From NCBI RefSeq assembly GCF_009914755.1, contig NC_060936.1: a stretch of DNA of 64,000 nucleotides. One strand, 5' to 3'. Position numbers and translations under genes: made by a program. Source of the DNA: the human T2T-CHM13v2.0 reference genome, Homo sapiens. Shown in pieces: positions 36,615 to 50,613 of this stretch. Every line of letters begins with the position of its first letter. Within the stretch, counting starts at the first letter, position 1. Below the pieces are notes generated by a model. It saw nothing but the letters and a program-made list of their open reading frames with translations. It made no database searches and had not been told where the DNA came from.

Positions 36615-38085
36615 GAAAAAGCACGAGTTGCTGCACAGTTTCTTTTATCAAGGTGACAAATTACACCCTCGCTGGGCCCTGCATTCTGCAAACCATAAAT
36701 TTATTTTCCTCCTCCCCCTTATATTGAAAAATGTAAAAACCCACTGCAGAGAGGTCAAAACCCCTTCCAAACGCAAATAAATACCGTTTTCTAGCAGAGG
36801 CGTCTTTTTTCACTTTTGCTACACACATCACCGCGGATTCGTCCGAGAAAGTACGTGATCCTGGCGGCAGTTAGGTTTCTAACAGAGAACGAGGGTTTGT
36901 ACAAACCCCGGGTCCGCGCCGCAGAGCAAGACAAAGGACTCTGAATTGTAGCACCACCTTCCCCAGCCCAAGGCAGCCTGTGAAAGGCACTGGGAGCGGC
37001 GTGACGCGGGTACCGCGAAATTCCTTTTGCTGCCATATGCACTTGTGCCTTCTCTAACTACAGTTCAGCACAAACCTCAGGCGGGCGATTTGGCAGGCAA
37101 ACGGTGCCCAGGCAGCCGGGTAACCTACTGGGTCCCAGTGGGTGCTGGGGAGCCCCATGCGCCAGGAGGTGGATAATTTAGGGGGCAAGGGGCTCGCACA
37201 AGGGCGAAGATGCGCTCTCCTCCCGGCACCGACCCACGCGTTTAAAGGCCTCTGCGGCAACGTTTAGGGACGCGAACTAGGTGCCGGGGGTTGGGGAGGA
37301 GGTGGGACTGGAAGCGAGAGCAGTCTGCGCCCAAGACCGCGCAAGAGGTGGCCTTTTGTTCGCTGGCTCCAGCACATCCCGGCTCTCGAAAAAACACTAC
37401 CTCTGTCCCCTGCCACCCTCTGCATTTTAGAAAATCCTCTTCAGGGCAGGAAAGGACAGTGAGTCACTGCAAGCATCCTTTAGTAATTTCTCCCCGCGCC
37501 CTCCTACTTCCCCGCGTTACAGAGGGGCAGAGCACCAGGAAGGACGGCAAACATGCCCCGGTTTAGTGGTGGTCCGCGGCCGCTACCCAGCCGGCCGCAC
37601 GCAGCACCCCCCGGACATCACACGATCTCCTCTGGGCCTTGCGGACACAGGAAATTTTCACCAAAGGCCGGGGATTCAAACACTCCCAGAACACGGTCGC
37701 GCCCTCGGGTCAGCTGCGCTCTCCCTCCAGACGTGCGTGGTTCCTGGCTCTCGTAAAAATGGAACCAGATCTGGTACCACACTCTGCCACAGCCACAGGA
37801 AAACACACCAAAGTCACAGGAAAACAAACCAAAAAGTAAGCCACAGCCCACGCAAAGGTGAACTCGGGGGCCCTGGCGCTTCCTCCCGCTGCCGCGTGCG
37901 TTCGGGAAGCACAGGAGACCTGGACTTTTCCTCTCCTAAAAGCAACATCCGAAAGCATCGGGCACAGCCGAGCTCTCTCTGCTTTCACGCCCGCAGAGAT
38001 GATTTCTACGTTACCTCCTCCTCCGACATCTAAATCTCCCCTTGCCGCTCGCCCAGCCCTCCCCGGGAACGGATAATCACCTTAC

Positions 38086-38603
38086 CTCCGGAAATAAAGG
38101 GAAAGGTGGCAAAAGGCGATGTGGAGGTGTCCGCCCTTCCGGGGTTTTTACCCTCGGCAGTTTGATGTCCTTTGTGTCAAGGTCTGGCTGCGGAGGCCGG
38201 GAAAATGTGGCCCCCGTCAGTAAGGGTTGGGCAGGGAGCTTGGCGTGGCCTGGCGGATTTCGGAGGAAGGTGAAGGGCGGAGGCTCCTGGCGACCTTCTG
38301 GCGGAGTGGCGTGGCCGCCCCAGTCCGCGCTCGCCTGGCTCTCCTCCTTTCCGGGCCGATTGCATCAGAATCTCCCCTCACCACCAACCCCCACTCACAC
38401 TCTGCTCGCCGGCCTCGCACTTACATCGACATGCACCGGCGCTGAGGGTCACGAATCGGAGTCATTCTCCTACTGGGGGACGCGTGGCCCTTCCGCAACC
38501 ATGGCTTGTGATGGTTTAACGCGGACAGGCCATTCCTCCCCGTCCCGCGCGCGGTCTCCTCCCCTCCTGTGCGCCCGCTCTTTAACCAAAGCTGCGTGTC
38601 AGT
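38086..38603 (-). other. SLC38A1: Non-coding exon 1 (long form); TSS position approximate
   Basis: Strong donor GAG|GTAAGG at 38086/38085 inside the CpG island. Inr-like TCA(+1)CT at about 38603. Matches the recalled gene model. Confidence 0.75.
38359..38367 (-). promoter_or_regulatory. C/EBP-ATF response element (AARE/CARE) TGATGCAAT
   Basis: Exact ATTGCATCA on the + strand, identical to the CHOP and SLC38A2 AARE core. Confidence 0.65.
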
Positions 38604-39407
38604 GAGCCGTGCCGGTCACATGGTGTCACTGCTGGCGGCCGCACCTTGCTGCCTCCCTCTTGCAGCTCTCTGACGATGCAGCGACCGCGGCTGGCGGAGA
38701 TTGAGCAACGGGGAAAGGGTGAGGGAGGGGTTGCGGGGCGCGCGTGTGCCCGGCGCACTGAAGCTGGCACCGGGAGCAGAGGCTGCGCGCCGCCCTGGCA
38801 CCTGCCCCTCTCCCTCCCGGGGCCCGGCGGCGTGTTCGGAACCCAGCTGCGGCTGCAGCTGGAGAATGAGAGCCCTTAGGGATGGGGGTGGGGCGGCTAA
38901 AGGGGCACCGGCGGAGGACAGGAGGGCTGTGCGTTCCGCTGGGGCCTGCATTTTGGGTACGCCAGAGCCCCGCCGGGGCCGAAGGAGCGAGGGAGTTGCA
39001 TTGTGGGAAGGGCGCAGCATGAGGATGGCCGCGGGAGTGGCAGGTCCGAGCGCAGCCCGGAGAGCCGCGGGCAGCGCCTGGGACTACGGGCAGCGTTGGA
39101 GCGGAGGGCTGGCCCTGGGCACAGCCTGCAGATGGCCCGGGTTGGCGGGAAGGGGACCGAAGTGGCAGGGGCGGCGGGGAGCTCGGGCACCTTTAAAAAC
39201 CCTTTGTCCCTAACCTGAAGCGGGAGGCACCTCCCCTCTTCCGGATCCAGCACCCGCAGACCTGGTCAGCCCTTCCTGAGATCTGCCCTGTGGAGCTCTG
39301 CTTTGGGGACTGGGTGTGAGGTGAACCAGAAGGATTTGCTGAGCACCGAGAAAGCACCGGCCTAGGCGCAAAGAGCCGGGGGCCAGCTCTTGGAGGGCCT
39401 GGAGACC

Positions 39408-39415
39408 CCACGTGG
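39408..39415. promoter_or_regulatory. Canonical E-box CCACGTGG (MYC/MAX, USF)
   Basis: Motif match about 0.8 kb upstream of the TSS. A second E-box GTCACATG lies at about 38615-38622. Confidence 0.45.
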
Positions 39416-42400
39416 TCCCGACCGAAGGACCTGGTGCGTCCAGGTTAACGGAGCTGGGGCGCTCCAAGTCCGGGGGACGAGGGAGCGGCATGGAGGGGAG
39501 CAGGGGCAACTGGGCCTGGTTCCCTTTTTTCCCGCTTACTCTTTGTTTCAGACACAGCCCCCTTTCACTGGCTGGGCACTTGCTTGCAGAGGAGTTGTGT
39601 CTTAAAATGGCGACAGGAAATCCCACCTGCGCCTCAGCCAATTAGACTGTCATAGCGCGAATTTGCAGGGTGGAAACGCGAGCTTTTTATTGATAGGGAA
39701 GGTTCAGTCTCCTGTTCATGGTTCATCAAAACAGGAAAGGGAAGGTGAATCATAATTCAAAAATTAACTACCTGGAGCGTTTCAAGTAGACAGTAGTCAT
39801 TGTATTTGGGTGAATTTTGCTTTTTCATCACCACTGGAAAAGCAAGATGATAACCAAATTTGAAACTCATCACGGACTAAACTTCTTATTCCCTTCGAAT
39901 GGCAGTAAATGGCCTTTATTAGTTCAACAGTGGCTTCCTGAGAATCCTATTTAGAAGGCATGCTCTTGAGAAATACTGAAAAACAGAAAGTTCAGAGCAA
40001 ACCAAAAGGGCAAACACATGGGCAGCCTAGCTCAGACAGACCTGCATTCAATTTCTTCCTCTGACACTTACTGCTTCCCTCATCTGCTTTACTTTTGTCC
40101 TAATCCTGTTTTCTAAATTTGTGAAAAAGGGGAGAAGAGTACACACAACATAGCAATATTCTATAGGTCATCAAAAAGTTGGTTCTTTCTACCTTACTAG
40201 AGGAAGCTAATTTATTGTGAAATTAATGATTTTAAGTAGTGTGCACCTTGCCTGGCACAAATAATTCTTATCAATAAGGTAAGAAATCTGAATAGGTAAA
40301 GTAGATGAACTGTGAGCCATAGCTTAATAGGCCTGTTGGAATATTTACCTTATTAAAGGCAGAATGTGTATTCATCGCTGTTTGGAGATTATCTGAACCA
40401 AGCTTGTCTTTTGGTTCCAATTTTAACTTACTTGCTAGTTTCTGTATATCAAAACGACTGCAGTTATTTAGCACTTTTTGAATTGGAATCAACAGTTATG
40501 AACTGAGCTCCTATGATATGGCAGCTATTGTGCTAAGGACTTTACATGTAAATATCTCATTTAAAGCTTTCAATCCCTCAGTTGGGTATTATCCTCTTTA
40601 AGAAAACAAGTACAAAGTTGAATTGGCCATGTTCACCTAAGACAGTAATTAGTGAAGGGGAAGCGATTCCCTTTCAGGTCTGAATTCAAAATCCGTGCTC
40701 AGTCTTCACAGTGGTGCTACAACCATTTGCAATCAGACATTCTTGGGCCTAGAGTTAGAAGGATCTTCACCCCTTCTCTGGATTTTAGTTGACAACCTAG
40801 AACCAGAGTAAACATCAACATGGAGGCTGCTGTTTTCTCAAATTGAGGCCAGGGATGTCTAGATGATTCCTCTATTCACTGTGTGCTTACTGAGAGACAA
40901 ACAGCAGGTTAAACACTTCACAGATGGTCTCTCATTTAATTCTCATGACATTCCTGATAGGGCAGCCTATCCTAATCCCTGACTCAAAGGTTAGGGAATT
41001 TATCCCAAGTCCACACAGCCCTAAGTGGCACATCCAAATCTTGCATCCAGAGCTGACTGGTAAGCCAGTTTTCTGTGGCTGGATCTAAAACGTTCCCTGA
41101 TTCTGGAATAACCATCTTTGGAGGGTTAGTGGGTGGAAGGGGTCTCGGGCCACTCTGTCTCTGAATAGGAACCACTGCCCTATTTCAGTAGAGTCCAGGG
41201 AGTTAGTTTTCTCAGTAATAGGGTTGTGAGGTCCAAGAGACTTGTCGATAGTATCTAATGTTATTTGTGGACCTTTCCCATTTGAACAGATTTCCAATGT
41301 TATTAAGGTATTCAGGACACATTACCAGGTTTGACTGCAGACTGCCCTATGGAACTGAGAAAATTCTGTATCTGCTCTGAAAGTGATGCCAGGGAAGGAA
41401 TTTGTACTATGAAAATAGAATTGGGTAGCTTTAGGTCACCTGAGAGTTTTCTTGTAGCCCCCATAGCTTGTTTTTGTATGGTTCCAGGAAGGTGGGGCAG
41501 CTTTGTGAAGAAAAATCAATTATACCCCAAAGAGGATTCAGCCTGAGCTTAAGCCACATCTGCTCTCATCCCAGCTTCACCCTGTACTCACCCGGGTTGC
41601 ACTTGCTCCCTACCTGGGTTGCCCAGTAGGACAGCTGCAGAAGGGGCCACTACCAGCTGTGCGCTTACAGAGAATATGTGTTTTCCTGCACTGGTGTTCA
41701 AAGCTTTCCAAATACATCTGGTTTGATACCAGCAGTCTTCTTGTATAAGAATTTTTGGGTAATAAGATCAAAACTATTTTCTGAATACAGTGTTTTTTAA
41801 AAATCTGTGAAGGACTATCAGTGGAAAATCTGATTTTTAACGATGATGAAAAAGTAGGAAAGTCAGCTGGTGAGATTATCTCAGAACAAGTGTCCTGCAT
41901 ATCTCCTACTTGTAACAGAAAACACTGCAGCTGTTAGATGAACAAATCCAATCTCACTAGAAAATAAATTGTTTATTCTGCAGTCTTTTGTTCCTATTTA
42001 TAGGGTCTACCCTAAACAACAAATGGTCTTTAAGATTACTGGTTTTCCTTGACTTTCACATTTCTTTGCCTGATTAACCCTTTTTATCATCCTTGATGTT
42101 CTTTGAATCTCATCCATAGATGACAATATTTTGACACTAGAAATTAGTAAAGCAGCCATAGGAAAAAGCGCATTTGCAATTAAAAGAGCTCCCAAATTGT
42201 GTTGGTCAGCCTTCTGCAGATACATGGCACTGTGTGCCCTAACATTCCTTGGTGGGTAGCACTGTGTCAGGGGCAGTTGTTGCCTCTTCCACCATTGAAA
42301 TGAACATTCTACCTCACCAGATTGAAAATTGGTTCTTGCAAGAGGTCAAATACCCCCACTGATTCTAAACTGAAGTTAAATTAAAATCCCAGAACAAAAC

Positions 42401-42424
42401 TATCTTTTATTATCTTATTAGTTA

Positions 42425-42718
42425 ATTAATTTTAGAGACAAGGTCTCATTCTGTTGCCCAGGTTGGAGTGCAGTGGTTCAATCATAATAGCTCGCTGCAG
42501 CCTCAAATGGAATCAGGGATCTTCCCGCCTCAGCTTTCTGAGTAGCTGGGACTACAGGTGCGTGCCACTATGCCTGGTTATTCTTTATTATTATTATTGT
42601 AGAAACAGATTCTCATTTTGTTGTCTAGTCTGGTCTCAACCTCTTGGCCTCAAGCCACGCTCCTGCCTCGGCCTCCCAAAAATACTAGGATTACAGGCCT
42701 GAACCACCATACCTGACC
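42425..42718 (-). mobile_element. AluJ
   Basis: Diverged Alu. Confidence 0.85.
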
Positions 42719-42990
42719 CGAGATGCTTTAAAAATGTCTGCTGTCTCTGATTTTGGCCTGAGTCATATTTGTAAGGTCACTTATTTATTTTTTATCTGTT
42801 AGGGGAGCTGGGAGTGGAGTTTATTAGGAATTGCAACTGTATGGCAATACTGTGACATTTGTTCAAGTTAACTAAAGACCCAGGACCAAATAATCAGTCC
42901 TGGAAGTTTAATGTCTAACTTGTCTGATATGCAACATTCTGCAGGTCAACTGTGAGTGCAACTCCCTAGCTTGTTGCAAAATGGGGGAAA

Positions 42991-43405
42991 TGATATGGAC
43001 ATAGTTTGGACGTGTGTCCCCACACAAATCTCATATCGAAATGTAACTCCTAATGTTGGAGTAGGGCCTGGTGGGAGGTGACTGGATCATGGGGGCAGAT
43101 TTCTGATGTATGGGTTAGCACCATCCCCTTGTGTGCTTTCCTCATGATAGTGAGTGAGTTCTCTGGAGATCTGGTTGTTCTCACTCTCTGGCTCCTGCTT
43201 TCACCATGTGAAGTGCCTGCTCCTGCTTTGGCTTCTGCTACGAGTAAAAGCTCCCTGAGGCCTCCCCAGAAGCAGATGCTCCCATGTTTCCTGTACAGCC
43301 TGCCGATCTGTGAGTCAATTAAACCTCTTTTCTTTACAAATCACCCAGTCTCAGGTGTTTCTGAGACTGGGTGATTTATAAAGCAATGCAAGAATGGACT
43401 AATAC
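42991..43405 (+). mobile_element. MSTA-like MaLR solo LTR
   Basis: tgatatgg start and ggactaataca end. Confidence 0.8.
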
Positions 43406-43767
43406 AGATATCCATCTGGTGATCAGATGACTCAATGCCTACAGAATACCTAAGCACAATGCTTGGTATATAATAAGTGTCCAATAAATGGTACCTGTTA
43501 TTATTTTGCACACTTTGCAGAAATAAAAATGGGGCAATTAAGTTTCAAAGTCCAAGTTTATAGGCACAAAATATTCTATTATGTTCACTTCATGCTGAAA
43601 CAGCTGTTAAGCCCACACCTCCACTCCCATTTCTCCTACAGTGGGAATGAGGAGAGAGAAGGTATTAAAGAAGAGTTAGGCCTCCAATTCAACTCTCAAT
43701 CTTAACTTTAAGGTGGGAAAGATAAGTTTTGAACCTATAAGAATGTGTTAATTAAGAAGTAGAAGTG

Positions 43768-44400
<633 letters not shown>

Positions 44401-45063
44401 TTATTACTGGAAATCAGTTTGGCAATAAGTAGGAAGAACTTAGATACCATTGGTGTCACTTCTGGGACTCTATACCCTAAAAATTATGCACAAAGTAGTT
44501 TCCTAATAACACAGGATCTACAAGCACAGGCTTTGGAATGAGTCAAGTAAAGGTAAACAGCATGTTTAAAATGTTTCTCCAAAGCAAGTATAACATAAAT
44601 CCATAAATTTACAGTCCAAATTAAATATGCATTTGAGTAGACTTGAGGGCAGCTGTAACACTTCCATAAGCCCTTAGAGATACTTTGAGAAATAGGATAC
44701 AGGGCTGACTGTTCCTTAGTTCTGATCCTGTGTGATAATCCTTACTTTCTCATTTATAAGTGGACATCCAAAGGTGATACAGCTGGAAAAAGGATCTTCA
44801 TCCAAGACAAAGAGAAACAAAGTCGATAGGAAAGTGATGAAAGGCATCAAGCAAAGTGAAGATGCAAATGAGAAAACAAGATCAGAAGACAGGAATATCT
44901 GAAACAAGTCACAAATGCATAGTATGACCTCTCAGGTAAGGACCAGGGCTGGATCATCCCAGGATGTTCAAGGCATACTCTCAGGGGGCGCTGTGTTATA
45001 CTGAGATCTTGCTAGGCAAAAACATGGTTTTTGTCTTTTCTGTTGAAAAGGTACCTTTTGGGA

Positions 45064-45390
<327 letters not shown>

Positions 45391-45418
45391 AAAGGTACCT
45401 TTTGGGAAGAAGCATTAA

Positions 45419-45851
<433 letters not shown>

Positions 45852-47849
45852 TAATATTCAGTGTTCCTTATTTTGAAGGGCTCTTTATTTGGTTATATTT
45901 TAGGCATATGAAGCTATTTCATAATCCCAAAAGGGGTATTTAATGAGATTTAGAATTGATAGTCTTCTGTTGATATATATTTATAGTTATTTATACACAT
46001 ATTTGTATGTTCTTAAAATAAAATGTTCAAAGTTTTTGATTCAAATGTAACATGTCTAAAATTGAAATCATTGTTTTTTTGTTTTTTTTTTTTCACAACT
46101 CAAACCCTCTTCTTTTCCCATAAACACCATATTGGGAAATGGCACCACCATGGGCATAGTTGCTCAAGCTAGAAGGATGGGGGTATTTTGGCTCATCCCC
46201 TTCACTCTTCACATCTAATTAATTCCCTCTTTTGAGTAACATTTACTAAGTGCCAGGCCTTCTGCTAGTCTTTCGTGAAGCTTGGAGTTAGAGTGAGAGA
46301 CCGATATTACTCAAATGATCTTGCCAGTGAATGTACAAGTTACAGGTGGAGATAAGTGCTCTGCAGAAAGGAGCATGACTCTTGTGAGAGAAACAGAAGA
46401 CCATGTTCTGAACTGGGAATCAAGGAAGACTTCCCTGAGGACGTGACCCTTGTTTGGACTCTATTCTGTTTATGCTAAGGATTTTAATAAGGAGCAGGTG
46501 ATGGACATGATCCAGCGTACATTTTTAGAGGAATATCACGAGTCCTATCACTTCATCTCCTAAATATTTCTGACATCTGTTCTCTTTCCTCCATCCTCAC
46601 GACCTTCACTGGCATGGGCCTCCAACAGCTCACTGTGGGGGAAGTTTCCCTCAAAGGGCACTGATAACACATCTTATTAAAACTATACCACATCATTATA
46701 CCTCCCCAACATAATATGTACATGTATGTATTTGACAATAATATATATGTATTACTGTCCTATTTATTATATACATTAAAAACATTCACAAAAAATTAAA
46801 AATCCAAATGGTAAGATTTTACATTTTTGATTTGATAACAATACTTTATTATATTACTAAACATATATTCCTAATTGTCACTAAGATATTATCATGTTAG
46901 AGAAATTTGCTTCACTATACTATATCATTTTTTTAAATCTTAGTTTAATACTCTCTGATACAGCAATTCACAAGTCTACTTCCAACTCTGGCTTATTTTG
47001 ATTCTTTCATGTAATGGCTGTCATAGCTGAAAAGGGACCTCACAGAGACCCAATGGAGGCAGTGTCCTATTGGCTATACTTCCCAAATCAAGCCATTCAT
47101 TTCTCAATCCCATTCACTAATTTACAGAGATTTACTTATTTTTCATTGCTAGTCTGCAAATGTACACTTAAATGAAGGTCATCCTTAATAATTATGAATG
47201 TGAACCCATGAAACCTACTTCATAATTCTGAATTTGTTTTGACAGATTCTTTTCCACAGTTAGAGGGCCATTGCTATACCTGACATTGTGGCTGACAAAA
47301 GAGCTCTTATTAGGACTGGAAGTGTCAGTTCTACTTTTTCTTCTTTCTTTATGCTCATGTTATTATTATTTTTTAAATCTGAAGTTTAGAGGAATCTTTT
47401 AACTCTACTTGTCTATTTGGGAAGACACACTAAACTAGATAATATAATTTATAAATTCCCTCAACTAAGCACACAGAACTGTAATACATTGAAATCTGCC
47501 AAAGAGAACAAATCAGTGAGGGCACGACTGTATTCCTTTGTGTCTTTTTCAAGACACCTTGAGTACTGTAAGTGACAGGGAGCCATCTGATGTACAGGCT
47601 GAAGGGGGCCACCATCAACCTAGTAACCTAAACAGAAGTTCCAATATTTTCACCCTGCAGTCCACTTTGTAACCTTTTCTTAGCCTTCCACAAGAGTCTC
47701 CTAACTGGACTCCCTCCATCCACTTCTGGGCACCTAATGTCTCTACTACAGATTAGAAATTACTTTCACAGAAGGCCATTTCTGAAACCCAAACTAGCTT
47801 ATGTGTTACCCTACATTGAAATTATTCAGACGCTGTCTTCCCCAGTAAT

Positions 47850-47950
47850 CTGCAAGTTTCACAAAGGTAGATGCCATGTTCTTAATGGTTTCCCAGCACA
47901 TAGCACATAACAGAAGCTCAATAAATATTTGTTGAATGAATAAATGAGTA
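47850..47950 (+). mobile_element. L2 3' end
   Basis: gctcaataaatatttgttgaatgaataaatga. Confidence 0.7.
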
Positions 47951-48411
47951 AACAGAATATTTTTACAGTTAAATACCTTTAATTCTTTTATTTTTTTTAA
48001 ATTTCAAGTCCTTAGAGGAGGAAGAATTGAAAAAATATGAAATATCAAATATACATTTAGCTAAATTTTTAAAGTTTAGTAGGCTATATGCATAAATCAA
48101 ATGAATAGCAATATTTGGAACTGTAACTATTTTTGGAATCTTGTATGAATAAATTACAAGTTTAAAACATCAAGAGTAAGTGCCTATTGAATGTCATTTT
48201 TAAAGGAAAAAAGAAACCTCAGTCTGTATTTAAAAAGTAACATACCTCATTTAACAGTTTTCTAATTTATGCAAATTATCTGGAAAATTCAGAACCCCAA
48301 TCACCTAAAGATTACCTTCCTTAAGAGTAAGTGTGGTTTTTGCTTCCAGAATCGTCTGGATAAGTGTCAGCATTCTCCAAGTCACTTTCTTGGTATGAAA
48401 TGAACATTTGT

Positions 48412-48738
<327 letters not shown>

Positions 48739-50080
48739 CTAATTAAATTTTGTACTTTAAAAGAAAAGTTACAAGTTAATTTGTTCTGTTGTTTCTCCTT
48801 GCTATTTTTATAACAATTAGTATTTAGGAATAACACTGTGGTTCAGATATGAACTATTTCACAAAATCAACTTAATAATGAAGTCAACAATTATTTCTCT
48901 TTATTCAATCTTGTCACTTAGCTCAAAAAAGAACTGCACTGCTCTTTCCTTTTCAGTGATGAAAAGGAACAGAATGCTAGAAAACCATCTTACAGCTTGG
49001 CATTTTTTCATTTGTTTATTTATTCATTTATTCAATGAATGTATTCCAAGCTAATTCCTTTTGCAACATTCTTTATCTGATTCATGTCTCCTCTGAAAAC
49101 TTCCTCCTTTTATTTATTTTTTGCTTTTATATGTTCATCCTCATTTCTATTGACTGTAAAGTAGTCAAACCTCTCATTAAAAAGGAAAGAAAGAAATGGG
49201 GAGAAGAGAAGAAAGGGGAGACAAGAAAAGAAAGAGAGGAAATATCCCTTGATTTTACATTTTTCTCTATGGCTTTTGTATTTCTTCTATTTAAGAGCCA
49301 AGATTTTCCAAAGAATAGTTAATAATATAAGTTTCAAAACTTTTATTTCCCATTCACTCTTTAAGTACCCACACCAACTCGCAAAATTAATTTATTCTCA
49401 CTGTAGAAAACTTGGAAAATGCAGCAAAATGTAAAAAAGAAAATCAAAACCATCTATAAATTTATATACTGCAGTTACCATTGTTGATTTTTAGTTCATT
49501 TTGTTTATATGCATGTCTTTTTTACATTCAGAATCATGTCCAATTTCAGATTTGTATATGACATTAAATTATGATCATTTTATTATATCATTAAAATTTT
49601 TCAAAAACATAAATTTTAATAACTACAAAATATTCTACCATATAGTTTTACAATAATTATTAATTTCAGATTTTCATTTTGTATAAGTGTGTGTAATACT
49701 TTGTCCCTGTCTCTGATTATGTCCATAAGATAAATTTCTGGAAGTAGAATTACAGGGTTAAAAGAGCAACATTTAAAAATACCTGATACGGAGGAGTGGC
49801 TTCTAGATGGCTGACAGAAGTACCAGGTACTCACCTCCTCCTAAAGAAAGGACCTAAACAGCAAGTAGATAATCACACATCAAACAGCGTGTCTATGAGA
49901 GAACACTGGAATTCATCAGGAAAGTGACAGGGAACATCTGAGGCATCGAAGGAAAGAGAAGCAAGGCAGCTGGTCCGGCTGGCATCAGCTGGGAGCCAGG
50001 AGATGCTCCTCGGTGCAGCAAAAGGTTAAGTGAGAGACTCCCAGTGGTCCACATTCCCACCATGGACTACTACAGTGCTA

Positions 50081-50613
<533 letters not shown>

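Larger units (their letters stand above)
36800..39680. promoter_or_regulatory. SLC38A1: CpG island / SLC38A1 promoter
   Basis: High GC and CpG density and largely repeat-free. GC boxes, ETS CCGGAA (about 38088 and 38137), YY1-like AAAATGGCG (39604) and CCAAT (about 39638). Confidence 0.92.

Noticed and set aside
37291-39645. Long ORFs (up to 187 aa) on both strands of the CpG island
   Set aside because: Overlapping frames rich in G/P/R/A are expected from stop-codon scarcity in GC-rich DNA, and there is no recognisable domain.
46627-47630. Possible DNA-transposon remnant interrupting an L2
   Set aside because: I could not identify TIRs or a family with confidence. It needs RepeatMasker.
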